Below are positions 36,136 to 56,500 of a stretch of 64,000 nt of DNA, piece by piece (position 1 is the stretch's first letter; every line of letters starts with the position of its first letter). This DNA is from Antedon mediterranea (taxonomy: Eukaryota > Animalia > Echinodermata). The translations under genes were made by a program, and so were the position numbers. The DNA is taken from contig NC_092674.1 in the NCBI RefSeq assembly GCF_964355755.1, positions 28,396,001 to 28,460,000 on the forward strand, read 5' to 3'. Below the pieces are notes generated by a model, which saw only the letters and a list, made by a program, of their open reading frames with translations, had not been told where the DNA came from and searched no databases.

Positions 36136-37848
36136 ACCGGACAGTCGCTGTGAATGGCCGGAGAGATGACTAGTGTTAGAGTACAAAGGGTCAACGCACT
36201 TAGCACATATATGTCTAATGTAATTAATTTAACAGCTAAATTAATGATAAACATGCGATATCTAAACATAGGTTTTTTTCATTATCATCAAAATTATGGC
36301 TTAGATACGACGACATCAATTGGCGCCGAAAACATCGACACTTTTGAAGGAAAATTGATTAAAGCTATTTCATTTATTCATGATCTGACTCATACATCAT
36401 TGATAAATTAATAACTCATCGATATATCAATATTATACTTAAAATGGAAAAAAAAATAATAATTTCAATAAAGAAAAGCAGAAAATTACTACTCGACCAG
36501 AGTGACGGCGTCTAGGCCCTATACACCAAACCAGGGCGCTACACTTTATAGGGAATATTCAGATTCAGTAAATTATAATCTAGGGTTAGGGGCGCCTGTG
36601 GATCATGGTAGGCCCCCATAAAAAACGCGAAAAAAAAACCGTATTTTTTTACTCGCGTCCTTGTACTTTTTCGCGATCATTTACTTTGTGTGTTGAATAC
36701 AGAAAAACAGCTGCGCTCGGCGCTGCACGCATTCAATTTGTTTTAATTATAATGCATTATGATATATACGGTCTTGTATTGTGTATATACAAATGCATAT
36801 ATAGTCACTAGATCGAAAAAATTATTCCATATTTGGAATTGTCAACCGTGATTTAATAATGACCTCATTATCAATACATTTAAAATAACAGTATTCAGAT
36901 GACATCACTGTCAATATTCCATAACTACTAACCACTTTGCATAAATTTGCATACATTTACATAATTCGTTGTAAACATGTCTCTCTAGTTACTGTCTTTT
37001 TTATATTAGTTCACTAGTTGCCGTTTCGATATTTGTCTTTACGTATGAAACGCCATGTTTGCCAAAATGCTTACTTTTTACAAATATTATGCAGAACCTA
37101 TTTTAATTCATTGGATGTTATGCTTGCTCATTAATTTATTTAGTACCTATTCTTATTTAGCAAGGTATTATTTATTTAAGCAGGTAGGTTTGAGACTTAC
37201 CTACCAAAGTAAGAACTTAACCCGGGTAAATAACTAAGTCTGAACGGGCCAATAGGGATAATTGTCAAAGTAAATGAATGTCAGTACCCATTTACACACC
37301 TGAGTGAAAACGTACTATATGTAGTGTCTTTAATTCGAGAGCAATTTGTACAACATTTGTTGATTATTTAACATCACAGTCAAGCGACAAGCTGTACGAA
37401 TTGAATTATCTAATATAAATCAAATCTTAGGTTTAAGTTTCAAATATTATTTCAGAATATACTATATAATATAATTTTTATCACTGCATCCTTTCTATTC
37501 AATTACTTTTATACCCTGTGTTTTTTTAGTTTATAAGTAAGGAACAGTTTTAAGAACTACACCTCCACCACCTTTAATCACTGACACCCTCCAAAACTAT
37601 TTAAAAACAGACAAGATCATATGGTCGTATTCATTTAAGGCGATATTTCTCTTAAATATTAACTACAGTATTTCACTTAAGTCAATAAATATCTTAAGAA
37701 TTTCCCTTAAGTGGTATTCACTTAGATAGGCGAATTCTTCAATTGTAATGGTGTTTCTTTTAGCCTAGTGTGAATAGTAAATACGGCCATTGGTCTTTAA
37801 TTGGAAGTTGTTCCTTATTTTGAATAAATATGTATAAAATATAAATCC

Positions 37849-43567
<5,719 letters not shown>

Positions 43568-44796
43568 TTTTTTTATAATAATATCAAATTATTAATAAAA
43601 TAAATTGTAGAATATGTTTGTTTCCTGTTAAAAAAAAGTTTGAAACAAATTATTATTATACTAAACACTATATTTAAATACATTTATTATTTAAACAAAT
43701 TTTATGATTTAAAACTGGCTTTTAAAAAATAAGTTTATGCCTATGAATTGAATGTTTTACTTAAATACTAGAATTAATATTTAGCTTTATTAGTTGAAAG
43801 AACAATCAGGTAAAACAATTTTGGTTATTTATTCAAGTTAGGTCTGATGATTTGCTTATCTATATTAAGCCTAATAACTATCTATTATAGTTAAGAAGAA
43901 GTCTTTCTATGATAGTTATGGTGACTGAGTGTATGCTAGTTGGGGTGGAGAGTAGAGTTGAGTTGAGTAGTAGTAGGCGGCGCTCCACTGCTGCCCTAGG
44001 CCTAGGCTTACTATACTAGGCCTAGCGCACTAGGCTAGGCCTAGGAGGTTAGGGCCTATATATAGCTAGGCCTAGCCAAGATAGTAGAGTAGTAGATAGA
44101 ATATCAACTATATGGCCACATTATATTATTATGTAACACGGTATTAATTAAGAAAACAAATTCATGAATATATAACCTGTCTAATAATCTCTCTAATCAA
44201 CATAACATACAAGTCCTACCTGTATTTACTGTATAACTAGGCCTAGGGCCTAGATAGAGATAATTTGCACGTCGTACACGTGCAATTGTTTACTATCCTA
44301 CTGTCTGTGTACCACCGGAATCTAGTCACACGAGTAGAAAACTACCGGTGGTACATAGACCACGTCGCGAAGTCGAGTTGTAAGCAAAGTGCACCCTCTA
44401 TAATAGTTAAGGTACAAGTTGTCAAAGTAAACGGATACTATTTTAACTCATAAAACAAGAGAAAACCATTATAGAACCTAAACTTACACAACTATCTATT
44501 TGTGTTTGACGTGCTTCAAAAGCAATGAAAATTCAGTGTTAAATATACTTTGTGGGCCCATGAAAGGGATTAAGCTATAAAGCGGTAAAATTTTATAAAA
44601 TGAGGCGGGCCTCATTTTTAGTTTTATTAGTATTCACAATAAAAAAAGTTAAACAGATCATCTTTGTTTTGCACTACAATAAACAGACAAAGCATTACTC
44701 CGCGTCTTATATTGATGTACTTTACAACTAACAAAACCTTACTCGGCTTCATGATTTATGACGTTGACGTACAAACTGTACAAACGTTACTTAACC

Positions 44797-47093
44797 CATG
44801 GAGTAAAGAATAAGAGGAGGCACAACTCGGCCTAGCTATCCAGTTAATCCAATTAGTATCACGCTGTGCGGTAGTGCTTAAGCATAGGGTAATAAACTTC
44901 CCATAACGATCCTTTGAAGAACATCCTGTTTACCCGTGCAGCTCGCTGCAGAGTCGGCTCTGATTACGTAACACCCTAATTAAGGAAGAAGCCAGGCATG
45001 ACATCGGTGACAAAAAAAGTAAACAGAGGCTGCGCAGTAGTTTCTAATACATCATAGTGAAGCATGACCTTTGTGCAGTTGTTCATTGTTCTTTGAGCTT
45101 TTTTCTCGAAAAAACCGTTTAAAAATCGAGTAAATTTTCACGGAGATATCGCAGTTTTTATACCAGCTAACAAATTAATCATATTTTTTATCAAGCCATA
45201 GACGTATCATTTGGTAAATCGAAATTTTACCGTTTAAGCAACTTTTTAATTTACGAACCCTAGTGCATTTTGTAGCATATTAAAGACTCCAACTTATTTT
45301 AAAATCACATTTTAGTGCGCGCAAATGCGCGCATGAAAAAAATTATATAATTTGTTCTCATGAATATTCAAAAATATACGTATAGTAGAATTCCAACGAC
45401 ACAATTTCTTATTTTTATTACTGTATATGACATTTAATTTATGTTTCAGTCTATATTATGACTGTTTAGCAAAACTAACATTCTTCTAATTTAGTCTGAT
45501 ATTGTATAATTAAATTATTTATGATATTAATATCATAAAATATATGATTTTTACGATCACTTAGAGTTCAGTGAACTTGTAGGACTTAAATTATATATCG
45601 TTTAACGATTTGTGGCTACACATAGGCCTAGTAGTTCGTAATATATTATTATTTAATAAATAGCCTAAATAAGGATAATATTTAATCCCATAATGATGGA
45701 CATATTTAGTGCATACCGTAACCGGTAGGCCTAATAGCTTCAGGCATAGGCGCGCCTATAGTAACAATAAACAATATCAATAATAATAATAGGTTTTTTT
45801 TATGTAGGTCTATATTAATATATTAATAATTGTAATAACGTTAGAAAACAAATAGTAGTAATATTTTATTAAAGAAGAAATTAATCAATTAGTTTTAGTT
45901 TTCGGTTGGTCGTTATTATAATATTATATAATATGGTATAAAATGGTACGGTACTACGAGAATATTCATTTAGTATCAACCCGTAACAACAACTACAAAT
46001 GATATGTGTTGGTTAAAAATTCAATTACAAATATAGTCTATGCTCTTTTGTAATTATAAGCCATTGTATAAAAGGATTATGTACAGTTCGGTACATAGCG
46101 GTTAATCGTAAAATTAAAAAATCGGACATACGAACAATAGATCGCCAACATTATTCGTACCCTTTTGCTGTATTGCGTACGTCGATCATGACTGATGCGG
46201 CTGTAAACTTCGCCTGGAAAGTAACTAGTACAGTACACATTCTGGTCCCTGGATGGAACATGATATCACACGTAAACCGCAATGGAGCAGGTCCAATGTT
46301 AAACAATTCGTACAAAGGGGAACCGCCAGACAAGTGCGTACCTATTCATTGTTTATTAGATCGCTGGCAATAATGCATGCAAAGTGCAATAGCTCTCCGC
46401 TCCACCAAGCAACGTACAGTACTAAAAAAAATGGAACGTCGCGGTTTTTCTAGGCGCTGAAGTTATACGAAGTGAACACGAATGATTTTTACTGTATATT
46501 ATATTCCCCGACGAAAAGTACTCGCGTTTCCCAGACGGGGAAGAGGGGAGGGGGGGGGGGAGACGACGAGGGATACAGCCCCCGTAACCCCCCGCTGGCA
46601 CCACCACTGGTCCTTATTAAACCCATTTATTCATCATGATTCATGATAAGTTGTCTGGAGAAATTACCAACATTTAGTACACAGTAAACCATATAAATAT
46701 AATTCCTTTGTTGGTGCCGTATAAAACTCGTATTATTAATTTATTAATAAAAGATATCCAGTAGAATATATATATAGCGCTGCTTTTTAATAAAAATTAA
46801 TAAACAAGGTCGGAATACAAGTTCAGTAGGTCTACAAACAGTATATAGTACACCTTTCACGCTTGAACGCACATCGCCTAGCAAGAGTATTGTGACGTCC
46901 TAATACGCATGTGTACTAACACCAAAATTGACCGCGGGCAGTAAACATTGTACTCTTTGCTAATTGGGTTACGTAACGGCAGTGTTTAGCACCTCCTTAA
47001 ATACTCATTACAAGCATAGCCTTAAGCAAGCGGTAAACACGATGAACTGACTGAACTATTCAAGTTGTGTCTCCTCTTATTCTTTACTCCATG
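44797..47093. mobile_element. Non-autonomous P-superfamily DNA transposon, 31-bp TIRs, 7-bp TSD CTTAACC
   Basis: Left end CATGGAGTAAAGAATAAGAGGAGGCACAACT; right end reverse-complement CATGGAGTAAAGAATAAGAGGAGACACAACT (1 mismatch); CTTAACC at 44790-44796 and 47094-47100. It interrupts a ~55-bp tandem repeat (44755-44796 / 47094-47320). Confidence 0.8.
44984..46996. mobile_element. Candidate TTAA-flanked (Kolobok-like) insertion nested inside the P-like element
   Basis: TTAA-GGAAGAAGCCAGGCA ... TGTTTAGCACCTCC-TTAA; imperfect GG...CC termini; no recognisable transposase. Confidence 0.4.
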
Positions 47094-47591
47094 CTTAACC
47101 GCGTGACATTCTTTGACGTATAAACTGTACAAATTAAAAAAACGTTACTTTACCGCTTCTATCGTTGACGTACAAACTGTAAACTTACAAAGCGTTACTT
47201 AACCACTTTTATTATCGTTGACGTACAAACTCACAAAACGTTACTTAACCGCTTCTATGGTTACGTACAAACTGTAAAAACTTACAAAACGTTACTTAGT
47301 TCCTTAACCGCTTTTATACGGTCACAAACGAAATGAAGTTACTGGTGATAAATAATTTGCTCCTGAATTTTAAATTTGGCATACGGTTTCACTTTAAAGT
47401 TAAATAACGATTATAAACTGTACAATATTGTTTTGCTAAATTATCAAATACCGTACTAGTACATTGATGCAAGTTACTAACAACTATTGTTAAGTTATTA
47501 AACGATTTCTCTATAGCTCTTAGCTTAAAAGTAATTCTTCTTTTCGTTGCCGCCAGAAAAAATGTTGACGCTGCGAATATCCTTAGATATT

Positions 47592-50500
47592 TCATTTCTG
47601 TAAATCCGTTTTATTTTCGTCTATAATGACTGAATCTTGATTGTTGTTTACAGGAACATTATCTGTAAAGTAGCAAATAATTAGTTTGTTCTTATTAGTT
47701 TACATATACTACTTGCCTCATGCGTAAATCATATAGTCACACCGTAACATCAAAGTAGGCCTACTACTGCAGATTCATATTATACTCTATCATGCTGTTA
47801 ATTCGTGTAGACTGATGCTTGGTTCCCACTAGAGACGCAACACATGGAGGTAACGCAACTTATATTAGTGGTTGACCAATTACCAGCGACGGATTATTCA
47901 AATGAGTCGCTTGTCATTGGTCAAACACGCTTGTGTTGCGTTTACGTCCTTGTGTTGCGTTTACGTCCTTGTGTTGCGTCCTAGTGGGAACCAAGCTTAA
48001 TAGTGATTTATGCCGAAACCTAACCCCGGGATTATAATTCATCATGTGTGTAGGCCTACCTTGTTTTGCATTAAATGGTTTGGCAGAGCATTGTCGACAC
48101 TTTTTGATCGTTTGCACCGCTTTTAAGTACTGTTCCTCAATCGATTCCAGCTCTTCGTCTCTGATACCACCTCCCTCACTTGTTTCCAATCTGCTGGAGA
48201 TAAGTACAGCCTTCTTCGAAGATTGTCGCAAGAACGGCAAAAGTTGTCGTTTTCTAAGAACGGTTTCTGGCAAGTCAGATAGTTGAATGTTATCTTAAAA
48301 AAGACAAAGTAAAAGAAACATTGTCGAGTTGTTGTCAGCAGTTCCTCTAACGAATGTCATTGCTTTGTAGTGATGCGCTATTGTCATGAGATGAAAGAAA
48401 TCATGGTTCACTAATACGGATTCAGAAAAGATTTCAAATTTACACCAGGACCATAATAAACAAACAACATAATGTAAACAACCACGTTACAATGCCACTA
48501 AAAACTTACCCTTATACGTGGCGAATCCTGGATTTTTTAAATAGGCAAAGTTCTATATTTTGCATTGTAATTTTTGAAATTTAGAGCCGGGAGCGGGATG
48601 ATATTCATCAATCAGCCTTCAAGGGTATTCAACAGAATTATTTCTCATGAATTAAACATTATACCAAGGAACTGGCTGCGACACAAGTACCAACAGTACT
48701 GTACTATGTACATATTCTCCGCGGTTCGCGGTGTCTGTTAAGGGCGTGGAACTGATCGTTTCGCGGCCACAGAAAAACCCTTTGATCCCCGGTTAGATTG
48801 CCTTGCTTAAACTTACCAACTTCTTTCTGCTGTGTACTCATGGTTGATGTCTCCGATGTCAATGATTTCTTCTTTGTGTCACTAGACACGTACGATGAAA
48901 ACGTGTATAGATAAGGGTTGAGAGCTGAATTCAATGGTAAAATAAAAACAGCTGTCCATGCCACGACGGTACCCGGTATATCAAGATTGTCAACCGAATG
49001 AGCCAAAATACCCATGATGATGATTGGTAGCCAGCACGCCATATCCGTGAAAACAATGAATGCCATTTTGGCTGCCATCTTGAGTTCCTTTTTCTTGTTG
49101 TCTGTTGACTGGTTAATATTGTCCTTCAAATTCTTAGCTGATTTCTTGACACTTACGTACATCGTTATGTAACAGAATGCCATCACCAGAAAACTCAGCG
49201 AATTCACTCCGAAGAAGAAGGTCATTGCATAACCAGGAGCAGGGATGGTTTGATGCGAGATCGGTAAAGCTAAACACACGGAATTCGCGCCGTAAAACTT
49301 GTCTGCTTTTACGAATATAATTGGCGCAATAGAAACAACGAACACCAAAATCCAGCCTAAAACAAGAACGCGAATGGCGCTCTTCGGTCGCAGTTTGTAT
49401 TCACCGAATGGGTACACAATGCAAATAAATCGATCGACTGTTATGACTGTTAAAATAAAGACAGACATCTCAGAAGAGAAAGTAGCAAGAAACCCAGCTA
49501 AGCTGCACACAAAGCTGTCTTTCCATTTCTCAGCATAGTCTATATAGTCACCGTAGTAATAGGCATCAGCTGACGCTATCACCAGTAGGTAGACACCCAT
49601 GAAGAGATCAGAAACCGCAAGATTTTGAATCAGGTAACCCTGTACCTTGTTCATTTCTTTAGATCGTAAACGCCAGACCAATACAAAGATGTTCCCTACG
49701 AAAGCGCTGACGCCCAGAATCCAGATGAACACTCGTAGAACGGGCTCCTTCATCAGTTCCTTACAAGACGAAAATGGATCTTCTTCCGGGTAGCATTTAT
49801 CAATCTCTGTATCACAGCAGAATTTACGATAATCGGTTCTCCTGAAATCATTACAAAGTTGTAATCAACTTCCGAGAGCTTCACAATATTAATAATAATA
49901 ATAATATTTATTCGGTCACCAATGAAAAATAACCAGAAGTGAGAATAGGCTAAAGCCTAAATAGATTCTGCACTTACTCCATACAAACAGTCAAAATATA
50001 ACCTTATGTATAAGAAAATTAAATAAAGTAATATTTAAATAAAACTATACATAATTATAATTAATAACTAATATTTTAAGCCAAAATATCTGATATGGTA
50101 AATAATATACAATAGATTCAACTTACAGTAGAGTCAGCTGTAAATTTTTGAACGTATCAACGGGAACTTCATCGATGAGATTTGCTTTAATGTTACTGAA
50201 ATAATGCATTAGTATTAATAATAATACACTCAGTGCTGTATCTCCACTGTATCATAGGAACATTTGGTAATACAGCATTCCATGCGTACAACAAGCATAC
50301 AATAATGCATTTTAAAAATAGTGTTTACATCTTAACCATCTATTTTGTACCCACTTTTTCCACACATTTAGCCTGTAAACACAACATATTTAGCGTGTAT
50401 AAAACCTAAACGTGTCTATAGCTACAAGTTTTTCCTCCACTCGTTTAGCAGTCACTATTATTATGTTCAGTGTTTAGGCACCTATTTAGCGTTGCGTGCA

Positions 50501-53500
50501 TATGATGTTACTGTGGCAAAAAAAAAAGCTTCACACGTGAGCTCCACACATGGCAAATTAAACACGTTTAAAACCTAAACGTGTCTTTATATTGCTCCAC
50601 TTGTTTAACAACCGTCACGTCACATACTACATGTTTAGAATGTATTTAGAACCTAAACAGTTTCATATCTAAACATGTTTAAGGCTAAATGTGTGGGAAA
50701 AGTGGATACAAAATATATGTTTAAGATCTAAACACTATTTTTTAGTGTGAATAAGCATACATGGTTTTTACTTACACTTCTCTAAGTGCTTGTGTTAGTA
50801 CGCTGGTGTGAATACGGCGAATGTTGTTAAAGCTCAAGTCGCTAAAAAATAATTAATTTTAATTTTTTTAATAGTTAATTAATACTCAATTTTTAATTAC
50901 AAAATATTTGCGTCATTGTGGCATACACCTCCGACAATAAGGTAATGTTTTCGCTATCTTGGGTCATATTTTTTTTCTCAACAGTCATAACTCTGGATCC
51001 CACTATGACGCAACGCAAGCGGGTTGACCAACGACAATTGACACTCTGAATAATCAATCACTTTAATTGGTCAGATCACTTGCGTTGCGTTGCGTCGTAG
51101 CTGGCAGCTTTTTTAATTGAACACACGATTAAACAAATGTCGTAAACAACTTCTCTTACACAGACCTTCTGATACGTTTATGTACCAGAAACGATCGGTA
51201 ATGTTTTCGCTATCTTGGGTCATATTTTTTTTCTCAACAGTCATAACTCTGGATCCCACTATGACGCAACGCAAGCGGGTTGACCAACGACAATTGACAC
51301 TCTGAATAATCAATCACTTTAATTGGTCAGATCACTTGCGTTGCGTTGCGTCGTAGCTGGCAGCTTTTTTAATTGAACACACGATTAAACAAATGTCGTA
51401 AACAACTTCTCTTACACAGACCTTCTGATACGTTTATGTACCAGAAACGATCGAATTATAATGACGATTTTTATAACAACAATTATTATTATTTTAAATA
51501 ATCGAAATGAAATCTTACAGATTTCTCAGGTTAAACAATTCTTTAAACACGTCAGTAGGAAGAGATTCTATGCTATTGTGCGACAGATCTCTGGAATAGA
51601 AAAAAAAATAGAAATTACAAATATACATACTACTTTAATATTATTATTATTAGAAATGCTATTTGGCATCTAAGATATAGACGTTGAAGCGAACATGAAG
51701 TGTACTACATGCAATTTTAAATACTTACAACGTGTGAAGAAATTTAAATTCATCAATAATTTTAAAGAAATGTGTTGCGTTCTTTTGTAAACATCCACTT
51801 AGGTTTCTAAAATGAAAAAAGTAAGAAGAATTGAACGTCTTAACCGTACAGAGAGTTGAATATTTAAGGGCCTGGAGATGATGGTATTGCAACTTAGCCG
51901 GTTCCAGAGGCGTTACGCAGATGCCTTGGGGTTTTTAGCCTTTTTGTCAACATATTTTAATACCGGTTTTCTCTGGGCACTGCTCAGGTGCTCCCATAAG
52001 CTCCGGAGCCCCTGTGTTTAGTCATTGAGCGTTCATCATAGCCATTAACGTCACTGGTTCTTGCATGCTGCATGACACATGAAGGTGGTCTATTATGGTG
52101 TGGAAGGGAAGACTGTAAAAGTATTTTCGGTATTTTACTTTTACTCACAAATATCTAGCAGACACCGAAAGTAGCTGCACGTCAGTGATGCTCAAATAAT
52201 TTGCAGGTGACGTCACACAATCTACTACAAATCCCGAACAAGTGCAACTTGGCGGGCATGAGATACCTACAATATAACAGGTAATTTAAAGAGTAATATA
52301 AAACTGAAATATGTATCAATTGCGCGAAGAAAAAACGTTTTTAATATAATGTGAAATGTCATCAACAGAACAACAATCATGAAATGTCCTTAGATAGATT
52401 CCATAACAACGCAATGCAGCGCGTATCGACGCAAAGTGCTGTATTGCGTAATCACAAGTGGGAACCGACGACTGCAAACATCGCAGGTCTGATTTCACAC
52501 AGGCGGGGACAAACACAATGATTGGAAGGGCATTTTCTTACGTTGCGTAGATTGCGTTACGTTGCGTCGCTAGTGAGAACTAAGCTTAAGTCATAATACG
52601 TTACAACTTTTAACTTACCACAAAACTGTTCGTCATCACCGCTTGGACAGTGCTTCACACCATCACATACTTCCAATGGCGATAGGTATTGCTTGGACGA
52701 GCGACAGTGGTAAAAGTTAGGCAGTACATAATCATCTGAAGCATTATACAAAAAAAACTCAATACGTTTTATGTTCTATCGCTGTATAAAGCTTGGTTCC
52801 CACTAGAACGTAACGCAAGGACGTAAACGCAACGTAAGCGTGTTGACCAATGACAAGCGAAGTTATAGACAGTTAGCAATCACAAGCGAATAAGCCATCG
52901 CTTGTGATTGGTCAATTCACTTGCGTTGCGTTACGTCCTTGCGTTGCGTCGCTAGTGGGAACCACGCTTAAGTAACATTGAAAATGACGCGTCTTTCGAC
53001 CAGGAACAACCAAAATTGTGTGACGATATAGAGGGCGCTATACACATAATTTTTTTTCGTAGCCAGGATGAGCTATCTCTATCCCAACCGTGTCATCGTA
53101 CGACACAAGGCGTGTCGTCACACATCATCTAGCTAGCTAATGGAGTTTTTTGGTAATCGGATAATAATTAGATAATTTCTTTTTCTTTCCCAAATATAAA
53201 TGACAAAAAAAAGGAGCATACCGCAATGATTCTCATCCTCTCCATTCGGACAGTCCCATTCCTTGTTACATCGTAGCCTTAACGGAATACAGTACGAATC
53301 AGGGCATTTGTACATATAAATCGAACACTCAAAGGTTTCTGTTGGATGAATAACGTGATAAGTAATAATTACATCACTTTACATTTATGTATTTTCAGGG
53401 AATGATGACGATTGTACGAGACAGTGTATAGCGCTGTAGGCCTGCTGTATGTACTGTATCTACTGTAGCAATGATTATAAAATATGCATCCTCCATAATA

Positions 53501-56500
53501 TATATGCGTGAAAATAAAAACCAACTGAATTAAAGGCATTATGCCTGAATAGCGCCAACTATAATACAAAAACCATTCAGTGGAGTTTAATCGCACGCAC
53601 ACTTACAAACTGAAAAACCAGACTTCTTACCGCAATCTCTTAGATGTGTCACATCTCTGCACCCAACTTGTATTCCGTATATATCAATATCATATATGCA
53701 TTCTAACGTCTTGTTATAGCAGGCGCCATTATCACAAACGCCTTCATCATCCCCACAAAAATCGTCGGATGTTGCCGTTCTATATTCTATATGCAAATTA
53801 TACAATTATTTTATTTTTTTGCTAGTGTCATAAATACAGATAAGATAGGTGCTTTGCTTGACCAGTGTGACGCTTCGATATGCACTACATGACGCTTTGC
53901 TGTGCCTGTGACGCTTCCTTATGCACTACATGATGCGCTTTGCTGTGCGTGTAACCTCATTATGCACATGGCGCTTTCCTGTGCGTTAGGACGCTTTGTT
54001 CATGCACATGACGCTTTGTACTGCACCAAAGGCTTGGTGTACAGACGCTTCGTTATGTACTAAATGACGCTTTACTTGGTGTATGACGCTTTACTATGCA
54101 CATGACGCTTTGCTGTGCGTTATGACGCTTTGTTTATGCACATGACGCTTTGCTCTGCTGCCAAAAGCTTCATAATAATGATGAAAGAATGAAGAGAAAC
54201 CGTATATCTGTCTGCAGAGAAACCGTATATGCCATATATTTATAAATATTTGTCATATTAAATACTTACCACATTCATCATATAATTCATCTTCATGATT
54301 TCTACCTGGGCAGTCGACTGTCCCGTCACATTCAGCGTGCTTTGGAATACAACTACCATCATAGCACTGGGTGAACCCAGGTGCACAGGCATCTAATATG
54401 AACAAGACAATGAGCATTTAGCGGTGCGTTCGAGCAATGCGTCTCGTGGGATTTTTGTTGACGCATCATTTATCATAACGTAGGCCTAAATAGCACAGCC
54501 TACCAATGTTACACGTAGAAGTGAGAAACTTATTTTCTGACATGAGAAATGCTTTATTTCACTCTTTCTTTATTTATGAGATTCCGGTACATATTACGGA
54601 AATGTCCCTTTACAATGAAAGTAAAATTTTTCTCTGATTTTTGTATTTTTCATATAACCGGATTGTAAATGCTTAATTATGTCAACCAACACTATTAGTG
54701 AGTCTGAGATATTTGTATTGCTTTTTGACACTCCGCCAGAATGGTGTCCTGTTTTTTTTTGTATTGTTATCATGTATACTTGTTTTTTATGTGTTATTTA
54801 TGTTTTCTGGAAAATAAATGAATATGAATGTGCATTTATTACATAATGAATTACAAGAAATTGTTATTTTTACCACAATATTCATCTTCGTCCTCATTTT
54901 GGTCACAGTCTTTGACGCCATTGCAAAATAAGTTTTCATTTATACAGTTTCCACTTCCACAAGCCCTTTTACCGTCTAGACACGTGTGGGTAAAGTCTAC
55001 GAAAATACATTTATAACAATTATAATTCATAGATACAATAAAGATTAACTGCCCACAGACCTTTTCAATACTCTTAACAAATGTATAATATTCCTTGTCT
55101 TAACTTATCGGTAGTGTAAATACTTACTACAGGAATTTTCATCATCCTCATTTCGCAAATCCACTTTGCCGTCACACAACAAAGACAGTGAAACGCATTT
55201 TTGCTCTTGTTCTGACGTGCAAAACAAAGCTGAAAACACAACATGTTGGATATGTCTTATTCTGGGTTTTGACTTAATATTAGTATAAGATAAATAGTTT
55301 GGCACATATGGCGTTTCATACGTATACTATTTTCCAGACAAAACTCAAATCGACTGGTGGACTAAGACAATAACTACAGACTTGGTGCAAGTCTAGATAT
55401 GTCGTTAACAATTTTTGCACAATTCATGGTTATGAATTCCACAAATTTGGTCTTATTGAAAAGGGACCGAAATATATTTATTTTTCAAATCGGTTATCAT
55501 TACTATTATTTATTCAGGCAAAAGATACATTTACACAATTCTCTATATCCGGAGTAATCTCAATAATTAGAGTAATCTCCTATATATCTGATATTGAGAT
55601 CTCACTCTTCCGTAATGACTTACTTTGTTCTCTTTTTTGGCACATAACTCCGTCTTCATCGGATGCGTCAGCGCAATCGTTCACACCATCACAAGCAAAT
55701 GCGTCAGCAACGCAATCTCCAGACTTACACTGGAAATAATGAGATGATTGACAGATCGACGGTTCTTTGGGATCTTCAATAGTCATACTCACATTCTTAA
55801 TGAATACTGCGAAACAAAATGATAAAAATAAGTGTCAATGAGGAGCGATGCAGAACATCTTTATTATTTGTATCCGTTGACCATCAAACATAGTCAATAA
55901 GGTAGACTGGTAGAGGAATATCAATAATTGAGCCTAATTCATGATTACTGCATCACCCACCTAAGAAAAATCTGGCTATAGAGGTGCGACAAAGACGCAC
56001 ATATCGTCTTTCGAGACGAATTCACCTACGAAAAGTCTGGATAAGCTCACGAGACTCACATTTTATGAGGCTTCCGTGCCACGCCTATTACATTTTGAGG
56101 TTCAGGCAATTTATTTTATATATAATAAAGACATTAATCTCTAAAAGTCCTGGTATAATTTACATCTTTTTTATGCAATTATCTGTGCTGTATCTCCACA
56201 TATGAAAATATCGGTATCATAGGAAAAGTCCATACAGCGTCTGGAGCAATATTTTTAACTAATCCAGAGTTTATGATGTATATAGTTGGTCAGACCTCAG
56301 ACTGTGCATTGAGAATGTATACAATGTATACTGTACTAACCTTCACTTGTTATTGGTTTTTGGCAGAAGACATATTTGATCTTTTTGCGAGAGCATGCAA
56401 TATCCCGCCATTGATCCGTTCTTGCAACCGTCTTCATTCTAATGACCGTACATGCATCGACCATACTGCTACCAGGATGACGGGATAAGAAGTCGCCGCT

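Noticed and set aside
46151-46453. Overlapping short ORFs as transposase or cargo gene inside the P-like element
   Set aside because: No THAP, DDE or other recognisable motif in any frame
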